Source: Nanobdellati archaeon (GTDB lineage: Archaea > Nanobdellota > Nanobdellia > Woesearchaeales > JAADFO01). From it: a stretch of DNA of 36,195 nt. Positions 1-13,200 of this stretch are shown piece by piece; positions within the stretch are counted from its first letter, which is position 1, and each line of letters begins with the position of its first letter. The DNA is taken from positions 1-36,195 of the forward strand of contig JAADFO010000030.1 of NCBI GenBank assembly GCA_013152815.1, in the 5' to 3' direction. The translations under genes were made by a program, and so were the position numbers. Under the pieces are notes generated by a model that saw only the letters and a program-made list of their open reading frames with translations, had not been told where the DNA came from and did not search any database.

Positions 1-1263
1 TGCTACCTGGACCAGGACGGCAAACCCACCTGCGCCAGCACAGGCATCTGCGATGTATGCAACGGACCGTTGGGAATGTTCTTCGATCCGAGTATCATCC
101 CCTCAACAACAAATGCAAATACGTTCACCTGCGAGAACCTGCTCCAATGCTACAAAGACAACAGCCTCACCACGGTCGACCTGGCCAGGGGCTGCGACCA
201 GGTGAGCAGCTGCCAGGACTACTACTCAAAGGATGCCTGCGAGACGAACAAGTGCCTCACTGAAACCGATGGAGACCGGTGCAAATGGAAACCGTTGTAT
301 GGTGAGCTCGGCTTCGGCCTCTGCGTAGATAAGGACCCGGAGAAGATCGACTGCAGCATGTGCGGAGGCAGGATATACAATAAAAGCATAGCTAAAAAGG
401 ATGTAAAACCATATGATTATTACAGCAAGGCATTGGACCTCTGCACAGCCGACTACTGCATGACGTTGAACCCGGAAGGCACCAATGTCTGCTACTACGG
501 AGGAAGCGCGATTGTCTTGGCAAGGATGATATCGGCTGCATCGACTATGGCAACCAGGATGACTGCATAGGACAGACAGGAAATGTTGCGGTAGATGTCG
601 GCTCAACCACCAAGTCAGGAACCAATGAGGTGACGACCAGGAGCGATGATTTCTTCGGCTACGGACTCTGCAAATGGGAAAACAAATGCTTCAAAGATGC
701 TGATAGTGATGACCAGCAAGATGAGACAGGCAAAAGCGACAAGAAGAAAACAGACTTCTACCCGCCGCGGACAAACTTCCTCCCGCTTGAAAAGCATTAC
801 CTTGAAAATACTAACTACAAAACAGAACCAGTGATGAAGGACCAGAACGGCTTCTACGTGACCAACGGGCTTGACCTCGTCTTCTTCGCCAGCGACCAGG
901 TCCCTGCAGGAGACGGGTTCGACGACTGCGAAAGCGACCCCAGAGGATTCCTGCTCAGGCCTCAAGGATACGCTGATAAGCCTCACAGCCTACGGACAAC
1001 CATTGGACTATCCGAACATCGCCTTCTCTAAAACAGATTGCACAGCAGATGACAAATATGACCTCTGCGAGAAAACCTACGAGAACAACGGAGGCACTAT
1101 CCCGGACGATGATGACCATAACTACACCCTTGCCTATTTCAGCCGAGACAACATCCACAATCTCGAGGTGGTCCAGAACTTCCCTCTGCGCATCGACAAG
1201 AAGATACCCAGCATCCTGAACTGGAACCAGCCAGAGAACGGAGATATCCGCTGTATGAGATAG
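1..1263 (+). CDS. Cys-rich N-terminal part of the giant protein, split over ORFs 70-570, 630-1031 and 871-1263
   Basis: Repeated Cys patterns (SCQDYYSKDACETNKC, GCIDYGNQDDC, RCKW/LCKW) run on across the frame changes. Confidence 0.7.
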
Positions 1264-4200
1264 ACAGGGATTTCCTCAACGGCAAGAACTCGAGACTGAC
1301 CATCCACATAGAGGCCGACGAGCTCGTGCAGTGCAACGATGAGCTTCAGAATCCTGCGGGCACATCCATAATCAGTAACCTGAACCAGATGGCCTTGGTC
1401 ATCCATGACCCTCAACTCAAAGACGACTTCAACGTTACCCAAGACAATGAAATCTATTCACGGTTCTGGACCTCTTCCTTCGGCAGCAGAAGCGCAGACA
1501 CTGCTGGCCTGGCAGACGGCCTGTATTGGTATAAGCTTTATTGCACAGACATGGCCGGCAACCTGTATACAGGCACCAAAAGCATCAGGGTGGATGGCGA
1601 CACCAGCACCTACGATCCCTATCCGAAGAACGTCATCGACAATGAAGACGACAAGGTCAGGCTCAGCATACGGACAGAGAACCAGGCAAGATGCAAATAC
1701 AAGCTCGGAGCAGTGGGCACAGGAGATGATGTCTCTGGTGAGACCTGGAAAAATATGGATGAGGATGGAACCTACAGTGCTACGGATACGGACATGCGCT
1801 TCATCAAGGACATCGACCTCACCACAGATTATCCTGACCTTTCAAGCTGGAACACCACCTATGTCTTCGACGTGAACTGCACAATCACCATCGGCGGCAG
1901 CACAAGGGATTCCCTTGACCAAATCAGCTTCACCTTTGACCAGGTCCCACCCACAGTCAACATCTACGACACCGAGAACAAGGAAGAGCCCACTGACATA
2001 GACAGCTGGAGAGGGGACCAGGACATCTTCCTGGAATGCCTGGACAGCCCACGCCATGGCTTCGGATGTGCAAGCGTAGACTACTGCACCGTAAGGGGAG
2101 AAGGCCAGACCTGCGACACCGCAGCCAACCAGGGAACAGTGGAGAACGATGACCTTGCGATCTTCGGGAGCAGCAAAGGCATCGACCTTCCGCCCTACCC
2201 GCATACCTTCTGCTACAGGGCGACCGAGAACACAACGACCAACGGAGACCCAGCCAATACCGCTACACCACCGACCACCAGCCTGCGCTACGGCAATGAT
2301 CATGTCTTCGGCGGCCTGAGCGAAGAAAAATGCGTCTACATCAAGGTGGATGCAGACAGGCCAGAACTGTTCATCACCAACCTCACTCCAGACAGCCAGT
2401 CAGTCTATGCCACCGACAAGATACCCTACACTGTGGAAGGCAAGCTCATCGACTGGAGCTATTACATGAAGAGCGGGGAAGAGCTTCAGACCAACAACGA
2501 AAACCCTGACTACCTTGAAGAATGGACCTTTGCCGACTTCCTCATGAGAGGGACCATCACGAACAACGCCAACCGCAGGAACGCGCTGGACATACTCTTC
2601 AAGGATATTCCTTCAGGGAACAAGTATGTAGCACGCATAGACCAGCGGGACAACACCCTCAAGATATACAAGAACGACCTTACGCAGCCACAGAACATAC
2701 TTGCTGAACTCGACGGGCGGGACATCAATAAAGACACCTATGACTTCGAGCTCAAGGCAGAGACAAAGGATGGCGTCACCGTCTTCATCTTCGATGTCTT
2801 CGACCTCGGAAAGATAACCGCGACCATCCCGGAAGACAACACCTTCGGCAGGGTAGGGGTCAGGGACGCGCTGGATAATGCAGAGCTCTCGAACCTGCTC
2901 GTCCTCGATCCTTCCATCCCTGTGCAGAACAACATCAAATGGGAGATTGCAGGGACAAATACCAAGGATGAGTTCGACTTCACCACCCAGGAGATCAAGA
3001 GTGCGGACGGCAGGACCATCGATGTCACAGGAACAGACGAAGGCATCTACACGGTCAACATCCGGGCCTATGACAAGGGCGGCAACATGCATTTCTCGCC
3101 ATACAGCGATCCCGGAAGCCTCAGGGAAGGGGACTGGGAGCCCTATTACTTCTATCTTGATACAGAACCGCCGACAATCACAAGCCCCCTGCCCGGAGAC
3201 GGCCCGAAACACATCGAATATGGCGCAGACATGACCATCACAGCTCATATCAAAGAAAGCGCTGCCAACGAACCGGCTGCCATCGTCAACGTCAGCCAGG
3301 CCATCCTGAGGACATCGAAGGAATCGGTGCAGATGGTCTTCGACGACAGCGGGAACCCCACAGACAGAGAGGAAGGAGACTGGACTGCTGAGCTTGACCC
3401 ATCCATCTACGGACTGGGAACCTATGAATACAGCATCTGGACAGAGGACGAGTTCCATCATCAGACCTCGATGCTCTACTCGCCTGCAGACGATTCGGGT
3501 TTCGTCATCGAAGATAATACCGCTCCAGTCATCACCCTGGACGATCCTGCGGTGGAATCCTTCAACAAGTGGGTATCAGGGACCTCTGTCGTCACCATCA
3601 GCGGGACCTACACCGAACTGCTGCCGGTGGAGATGAACATCATCGTCATAGGAGAAGACCCCCAGACGCAATACGCAAAGATACCTGTAAGCCTGTCAGG
3701 TGGAGGAAGCGACATCCCCTTCTCTCAGAGCATCAACCTCTTTGAAGGAGAAAACACGATCTATGTCGAGATGCTCGACCAGGGAGAGCAGCTCAGAGGA
3801 GATGATCCGACCGAGTCATCAAGGCTGACCATCTACTATGATACGAAACCGCCTGAACTCAAGGGAGACAAGCCAGACATCCAGGGAGAGAACGCCGGAG
3901 GAGGCAGAGGAACAGACGACCATAAAAAATTCGAGTACGGCTACAACATCACCATCGACGCGACCTTTGACGATCCGCAATGGACAAACATCGTCACCGA
4001 GATAGGGTACAGCATCCGACAGGCTTCACCCCGGTCAGCGACACCATCACCGATTTCCTCGACCAGGACTACTCCCTGCATCACTTTCTGGAATCCAAAG
4101 AAGACCCGGCCATGCCCAACACCTATGACCAACCGGTCGGCAACTACACCCTTCGACTGACAGCCAAGGACTACTACGGCAACACCTATGACCAGGAATT

Positions 4201-7200
4201 CCCCTTTGAGGTCATCGACACAAGACCGCCCATGCTCACGGTCCAGATCAAGGACAATGATGTTGCCGTGTCCACCATCACCAACGGCAAGGGAAGCACA
4301 AAATACTACGACGTCATCATCACGTCGGACGAGCCGCTGGAAGACATAGACCGCTTCGGGTTCAGCTACGGGAACTGCAACGGCCCGTTCATCGACGCCT
4401 TCGACAAACCGGAAATGGTCGGCCAGGACCCCTATACCTGGTCATCACAGATCTTCCTGATCAACGGGCTCACCTGCCTCGAAGGCCAGGAAGGGGATGC
4501 AGACCTCATCATCGAAGGAGCAGACCACAACGGCCAACGCTTCGACACCACCGATGTCGAGAACCCGACCTTCTCCATAGACACGAAGGGGCCTGAGCCG
4601 CCTGCATTCTATGAGTATAGGACAGCCTATGCCCCGGGAGATGCCCAGACCTACTACTATGTCTCCGATGCCAATCTGCAGGTCTACGGATTCACCGCCG
4701 AGCAGCTGTCATCAGCCGGAAGCTACCGGGTCGGCATCAACTACGGAAAGGTGGAGACCGCAGACGAAGAAGCGTTCAGCACGGTATCTGCGCAGGACAA
4801 CCCCTCGACCTTCAACGGAGAAGAGGTCACCGGCGAGGTCCGCACCGACAGCCCGGAAGGATCCACCCTGCTCAACATCAACGAGCAGAAGACCGCATTC
4901 TTCAACGCCGACACCTTTGTCGGCATCACCGCAGACCACAAGTCGGATTTCACCTATTATGACATCGAAAGCTCGGTCTTTGAACAGGAACCCTACTGGA
5001 CATCGATCACGCTGGCAGAGCCTCTCCAGAAGGACGTGACGACCGGAGAGAGCGTCTATCCGTTCGCCTACCAATATCCCACCGGCTGGTTCGATTTCCC
5101 CTACAGCTATGCAGGGGAAGGGAGCCTGTACTTCTTCGGGTTCGCCTATGACCCGTTCGACAACCCCTCTGAGGACAGCAGCGTCTTCCGGGTCATCTAT
5201 GACAACACGCCGCCGGCCATCTCTCTGGAACCGTCCGACGGGACGATAAGCGCAGACGAGACGTCCACCATGACGGCCCATCTGAGCGATACCAACGCCG
5301 GCCTTGACTGTTCCTCCCTGGAGATACGGATCAACAGGTCAGAGATCTTCGACACCTCGACGGTGGTGCAGTCCTGCGGCCCGGACAGCGGAGCATGCCA
5401 GGCGACTTCCTGCCAGGACGGCAACGATGAGCAGCAGATCATCATCGACGGCAGCATGTTCGACAATGATGGGGAACCGGGCATGGACGAAGGAAGCTAT
5501 CTCCTGGAAGTGAAGATAAAGGACAACGCCGGCAACGAGCAGGTATCCCGTTCGGCCTTTGTGCTGGACAGCGGCGTCACCCATGAGCCGGAGATGCACA
5601 TCGACGGCGGCCTCACCTACCCTGAGGATGACCGCATGTACGTGAGCAACCTCAGGCCGACCATCGGGATAGCCTACACCCATGATGTCCCTTTCCTCGT
5701 CGACCTTTTCGACGCATTCAAGCTGCCGACAGACCAGGGCCTTGAGCTGAGCATCGCGCGGGTGGATGACCAGACCTTCACCATCGACTTCAACAGGGAC
5801 CTGGAGGAAGCCTATACGTTCCACCAGGACGACCCCACCCGGCAGACGCTTGAACTCCACTCGAAGAAACAGGTGGACGGAGAGTGGAGCAGGCCGGGAA
5901 GGCACTTCAAGGACTTTGTCATCGACGTGACCCCGCCGGTCATCACCCCGGATCCGTTGGACGCGGTCAACAGCGGGACCTTCACCCTGACCGGGAGCTT
6001 CACCGACTGGAACATCGACCATATCGAGGTCTATGGTGATGACCTCTACATGCCTGCTGAAGGCTACACGGTCGCCCTCGATGACCAGGTCGATGACCAT
6101 GGCCGGTTCAGCGTGGATGTGGAGCTCTACAGCCCGACCAACGAACAGAAGACCGTCCATCTCAAAGGCTACGACAAGGCAGGGAACGTCGGAGAAGAGG
6201 CATCGCTCACCTTCATGCTGGACACCATGGAACCCTATGTCTCCTGCGACGGCTCTACCGACCCCGTCTGGACCAACCAGGATCAGACCATCACCATCAC
6301 CGCGACCGACAGTGGCTCAGGCATCAAGGCCATCTATTACTGCGAGGCAGCGGGCTGCGAACCCTACCCGAACGGGAACATCCACAACGAAAGCGACACC
6401 CTGGTGCTGGAATACACAGGACATAGAGGAGAGCTGCCCATCAGCTTCATGGCCCTGGACAAGGCAGACAACCCATCAGGCACGGGCATGTGCATGGTCA
6501 GGATAGACCAGGAAGTCCCGAAGACATCAGCCACGACCACCCAGGCAGACGGCACCACCTACACCGAAGACACCTGGACCAACCAGGAAGTCATGGTCGA
6601 GCTTGCATCCGCCGACTGTGAAGAGGATTCTGGCTGCGCAGGGACCTTCTACTGCGACGGTGAAGGATGCACGCCTGACCTGCTCTACACAGGACCGGTG
6701 GTGCTCGACGAAGGTACCCATCACTTCCGTTACTCCTCTCACGACCAGGCAGGCAACATAGAAGAGCCGCAGGAACTGACCATCCTCATCGACCAGAGCC
6801 GGCCCTCCCTTGGGCAGATCACCCTCTCCAACGATAATCTGCAATACTATGGACCAGAGAACACGCTCTACACCAACATCCCGGCCCTGACCATCAGCGG
6901 CAGCATGGACGATGACGGCATGATCATCATCGACACCACCGACGCGGTAGGAAGCCCCCATACCATCGAGGTCACCAAGGATGCTCCCTTCAGCGTCGAC
7001 CTGGACTTCGCCGACCAGGGCATCGACTGGCGCGAACACAACATCACCATAACAGGGATGGACAAGGCAGGCAATCCGGTCTCAGCAGACTATCAGAACG
7101 TGGTGGTCTATTCCACCGTGGCCCCGTTGATCACCATGATAGACCCCAGGGAGGTCTGTGAAAGCGGCGGGAGCGACTGCGGCTATTACACCAATGCCCA

Positions 7201-10200
7201 AGACCTGGTGCTGAGTCTCGAGACCCATGAGATCCCAGGAGGAGCAGGATCTGACTGCGAGATCGACCCGCGCTCCAACCTGGTGAACCAGGTGCAGCCC
7301 ATGGCCACCGATGACCATGAGACCCACACCTATGACGGCTACGGAACCGTGGCCGACAACCAGGAGTTCACCTTCATCATCAACTGCAAAGACAGGCTGC
7401 TGGGCAACCAGGGCCAGTTGACAGGGACGTTCCTCGTCGACCAGATGAAACCGGAACTGTCCCTGACCCTTGACAACGGCAAGCTTGCAAATGCAGAGAA
7501 TAACCTCTGGAACCTGCTCCACCGCATCGACTCCCTCAAGCAGACCGACATCGTCGCCAAGGACACCAGCTTCGACAGCGGAGAGCTGGACACCGGCAAG
7601 CTGCGCTGCGAGCATAGCTGCCTGCCGGACGAGACCCACTGCGGCGATGCAGGCTACACCGTCCCCTTCGCCGACGGCGACTCCTACCAGAACGAGCAGA
7701 AGGAGACCATCATCTTCGATGAGGACAGCACCGACCAGGAATATGCCTATGCAGTCACCTGCTATGACAAGGCGGGCAACCACGACACGAAGGAGATACG
7801 GGTCCTTGACCTGGTCGCCACCGGAGAGATGCTCGTCCTCGGAACGAGCCCTGCTGACAAGGGCTTCACCAACGAGAACAGCCTGGTGCTCTCGGCGAAC
7901 ACCTCACAATATGCCCTCTGCCGCATCAGCTTCGACCATGGATCGCTGCAGGACATGGACGGGACCACCATGGAGCACCGCTACCCGACCAGTGCCGATG
8001 AAGGAGCGCACCAGGCGGTCTTCGACTGCGTCTCTACCGACTCCTTCAACGCAGCGCAGAAGACCATCGACTTCACCGTAGATACAATCCCGCCCAGCAT
8101 CCCTGTCATCATCTCCACCACCCACCCTGAGGATACCAAGTCGAGCAGCACCAGCCCGGCCTTCGGATTCACAGCAGCCGACGAGACCTCGGGCATCAGG
8201 GGGTACAGCTTTGACTTCGACCGGAGCCCAAACACCCAACCGGACGAGGTCGTCGAGCCAGGCACGTCGGTCAGCTACCAGGATGTGGAGGACGGCGACT
8301 GGTACTTCCACGTGAGGGCCATCGACCAGGCAGGCAACGCAGGCGACACGGCAACCTACCATATCATCATCGACACGACCGCCCCGGAACCGCCGGTCAT
8401 CATGGTCCAGCCAAAGCTCACGAACGACGGGAACATCGAGATCCTCGGCACCACAGCATCGTCCGACGGACCGGTGACCGTCCAGGTCTACATCCGCGAC
8501 GAGCAGGACAACCTCCTCGACACCCTGACCACAGACTCTGACGGTTCCTTTATCCTGGACACCCAGCTCATGGGCGACACAGAGCATTATTTCATCACCG
8601 CAAAGGCCGACGACAACCTGGGTAATGCACTCAGCATGGCCTCGAACATCGAAGAGGCATGGTACATCACCCAGGCACCAAAATTCCTCTCCATCACGCC
8701 GAGCGACCAGACCCGTACCTGCAAGGTGGACAAGGTCGTCGCGCTCCTCGAACGCTACGGCACAGCCGAAATCTCGCAGGATTCGACCGTTACGGTGATT
8801 GACAGCTCAGGCGGGGAGATGGTCACCGACAAGGGTGTCGACTTCCGCTCCCTGGAAGGAGGAGAGTACGGACAGCTGACCTTCACGCCTGCCGCAGGGA
8901 CTTTCCCTGACGGTAGCTATGACGTATCGATCCTCGCCCTGGATGAGCTTGGTAACAGCAAGACCTACCAAAGCTACTTCGAGGTGAACGAGTTCGCCCC
9001 CTGCACAGGATGGAACATCACCGACGTCATGCCTCTCAACAGGATACACCTCCAGGACATCCCGAGCCCGACCAACCAGGATACGATCACCATCGCAGGA
9101 ACCCTTACCTATGAGGACAACAGCCCAGCCGAGAACGCGACGGTCATCATGGCCGTCAAATACGACGACCAGGCCTATGAGGAGATAGCGAGGCAGCGCA
9201 CCGACAGCCAGGGAAGGTTCTCCCAGGACTACCGGTTCAGCGAAGGAGAAGGCCCCTATTACATCTATGTGGAGGCCCATGACGTCACCGGCTCGGACTC
9301 GGATTCGCTCACCAAGCAGGTCAACTACGTCACCAGCGCCCCTCTGTTCGAGACCATCCTGCCGGCAGAAGGGGATACCCTGAGATCTGTGGACGAGATC
9401 ACCTACCAGATCCTCCAGAACGACGATGCAACCCTGGTCTTCCATGATGCGACCGACATCGATCTCTACCGGCAGGACAACAGCATCGTGCAGACCGGCA
9501 AGAGCGCCATGGAGTGTGGTGTCCCGGGCTGTCTCATGGGCAAGCTGACCATCAACAGCCCCCTCGAAGACGGCACCTATCATGTACGGGCGACCACTGC
9601 AGACATCCTGGGCAACCGGGAGACCTATGACAGTCCCTTCACCATCGACACGGACGCTCCGGAGATCGCGTTCGTCAGGCCCACAAGCCAGGAGTTCGCC
9701 GACGACGAGGTCTATGTGGTGGACTCCTCCTTCGAGATCTTCGGCAAGGTCAGCTCTCCCTATCCGCCCTTCAGCGGGACGGTCAGACAGAACAACGATC
9801 CGGCAATCACACTCAACATCTACGAGGCAGACGGAGAATGGCTCTTCACCAACTTCTTCACCCTGCGGGATGGAGACAACGATTTCGTGTACACCATCAC
9901 CGATGCGCTGGGCAACACCGCAACCACGACCGTGACGGCCCACAAACGTCCCTCCGGATATGCGCCCAGCATCACCATCACATCGCCAGAGGAAGGAAGC
10001 ACCTACTTCCAGGACCAGGTCCTCAGAGGCACCTACACCTACCAAGAAGAAGACCTCCTGCAGCTCTCCCTCTACCGCAACGGCATCTACGAGAAGGACA
10101 TCGAAGGGTTCGGCGACGGTAGCTTCTCTGAGCCCATCTCGCTGGAGGAAGGCTCCAACGATATCCGTGTGGTGGCCACCGACCGCTGGGGAGGGACCGA

Positions 10201-13200
10201 AGAGGACAATGTCGTCATCGACTACGGAAGCGGCGCGTTCCCCTACACCATCATCCTCGACCCGCTGGTCTCGCCGACCAACAGCAAGAATCTCAACGTC
10301 ACCGGGACTGTCCTCTCGCTCAGCAACGAACCGGCAGCAGGCATCACCGTCGAGGTCTCGGTGGACGGCTCCACCCGGAGGACCCTGAGCGACGGACAGG
10401 GAAGGTTCTCTGTCGATACGTTCACGCTCTCCAAGAGCAACTACGAGTACAGCATCACCGCAGCAGCCATCGTCGGAGACAGCATCGAATACTACAGCGA
10501 CCTTGCCATGGAATCGGTCTGGCATATCGATACCATCCCGCCCACGGCCATGAGTCCTGACGAGACCCAGAGCTATTATGAGGTCGACCACATCAGCCTC
10601 ATGACAGAGGAGGTGGACGGCACAACAAGTTCCATCAGCAATCCCGAGCTGGTCAAGGGAGGCACCATCTATGCATTGGTCGAGACCGCGCAGGGAAGCT
10701 GCGGAGACCACTGCAGGATCTTCAACTGGGACATCACCGGCGGACTGACAGAGGACGGCAGATACACGTTCCGTTTCGACATCAGCGACGGCCTCAACTC
10801 GGAATCGCAGACCCATGAGTTCACCATCGACAGGAATGCCCTGCAGATCACCTTCACCGACCCTGCCGAACTGGAGGTCCCGCCAGGAAGCACCGAAGGC
10901 ATCTATGTGACCGACCAGCACATGACCCTCTACGGCAAGGTGGACGGCACCAACGTGGACACGCCGGACGATATCAGCAGCCATGACTTCACCCGCATCT
11001 TCACCTGCCAGGACGGGGGCGTCTGCTTCACCAAGGATGTCGACCTGATCCCAGGCACCAATGACATCACCCTGACCGCGACGGCGAACGACGGCAGGAG
11101 CGGCTCGAAGACCGCGACCATCAACCTGCAGGGGACGAGCTATAACCCGAAGATAACCATCCTCAACCCAGCGGACGGCAGCAGGTCCTTCATCTCCAAG
11201 ATCGTCGTCTCCGGCACCTACTCCATCGATGACAGCCTCCTGACCGACCTGACCCTTCAGGTGGATGACGGGAATCCTGTCAGCATCGAACATGCCAACG
11301 GAGCGTTCTCCCATCTGGTGAGCTTCACCGACGAGAAGCCCTATCTCATCACGGTCAGCATGACCGACAAATGGGGAACAACCTACCAGGACAGCGTCGT
11401 CGTGACCTACGGCGGCAGCAGTGCAGATGTCCCGCTGCAGGTAACGCTTGATCCCATCGACAGCCCCACCAACATGCTGCCGCTCATCCTCACCGGACAG
11501 GTCATGGATACGGACACGGACAGCCCTGCCGCAGACACCCTGGTCGTACTCGACTATGACAACCGGGAGGACAGGACGACCACCGACCAGGACGGACGCT
11601 TCTCCTTCGACATCCCTGACCCCGAAGAGAACCATCACTTCACCTTCCTCAGCTATGCCCTGGAAGGCGACGGGTTCCCCGGCGGACCAGACACCCTGGA
11701 GCTGTGGCACATCACCCGCATAGAAGATGCATCGGTCTATCCTGCCGTCCCGTCGGATACCATCTATAATGCGGTCCAGGACATCATCATCCAGGTCCCC
11801 CAGATCGACGGCGCAATGGTCGGCCTGGCCGATGAATCCATCACCCTGAGGAAGGACAACAGCGCCCTGTTCTTCACCCTGGGAAGCGTCTCCCGCTCGA
11901 CAGACGGAGAGACCGCGACCTTCACCGTCCCGATCCTGGACGAGCTTCCCACCGATGACTACCTCATCGATTATACCCTCATCGACAGCCTCCAGAACAG
12001 CAGGACAGAGAGCCGGCCGTTCCGCATCGATACCCAAGCTCCTGTCATCGATGTCGATACTCCGGAGGAATTCACCGACCCTCAGAGCAAGGAGAGCATC
12101 GATGGCCTGTACACCACCGAGAACCAGGTCACCATCACCGGGACCGTCAGCGGACTCGGCATCGACAGCCCTGCAGACGTCACCGACCACAACCTTGACC
12201 ATGTCACCGACTGCAGCGGCAAGGTCTGCTACGCGAAAGAGGAACAGCTTGTTCCCGGAAGGAACGAAGTTACGCTGCAGGTCACCGACAGCCAGGGCAG
12301 GACAGGAAAAAGGACGCTCATCTTCCTCAAGAGACCCGACCAATACGACGCCAGCATCACCATCACCGAACCCGCTGCAACCCAGACGTATTACAGCCAC
12401 ACGCCGGTGAGAGGGACCTACAGCATACCGACCGACGACCTCGCAGGCATCACCGCAGACCTCGACGGGACACCCCAGGACGTCCAATATGCAAACGGAC
12501 ACTTCTCCTTCACCACCGACCTGGTCGAAGGGACGAACCACATCACGGTCACCATGACCGACAAATGGGGAACAACCTACCAGGACAGCCACGAGATAGA
12601 GTATGGGACAGCCACCACAGAGGTCCCCTATGACGTGATGCTCGATCCCCTGACAAGCCCCACCGACCACAACAGCGTCACCATCAGCGGAACGGTCCGG
12701 AACACCGACAGCGGAACGCCCGCAGAAGGGATCGCCGTCAACATACACATAGACGATGACCTGATCCAGACAACCTCGGGAACGGCAGGTACCTTCTCCA
12801 CCACCTACGACTTCCCGAGAACCGATGAAGAATACCTCATCAGCGCCCAGGCCGTCGTCGGAGACGGCTTCACCGGAGAACCGGATACCACCCACGTCTG
12901 GTTCATCAGGACACTTCCAGAGACAGCCATCCACCCCAACCCCACAGACAGCTACAACCTCGTCGACAGGATCATCATCCACGCAGACCAGAAGGACGAC
13001 GCAACCCTCAGCATCACCGGCATGAGCCTTCTCAACCAGCAGACGCTCCAGCCCTACGGGTTCCTCGGCACCGCCGAAAGCGACTGCGGCGGACAATGCA
13101 AGAGCTTCTCGACGCCCATAGACATCAACGACCCGAACACCATGCCTGAAGGAACCTATGAGCTCACCTACATCATCCAGGACACCCTGCAGAGCGAACA

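Noticed and set aside
2010..3805. RGD tripeptides in the giant protein as integrin-type ligands
   Set aside because: A few occurrences are expected by chance in a G/D-rich protein of this size.
1..4160. Programmed ribosomal frameshifting or a decayed pseudogene
   Set aside because: No slippery heptamers at the junctions, shifts go in both directions, and there are no in-frame stops or loss of codon bias. Sequencing indels are the simpler explanation.
8807..13096. 1429 aa ORF on the minus strand, and many other long antisense ORFs over the giant gene
   Set aside because: Shadow frames: the sense codon bias rarely produces TTA/CTA/TCA in register, and the translations are V/G/D-rich mirrors with no motifs.
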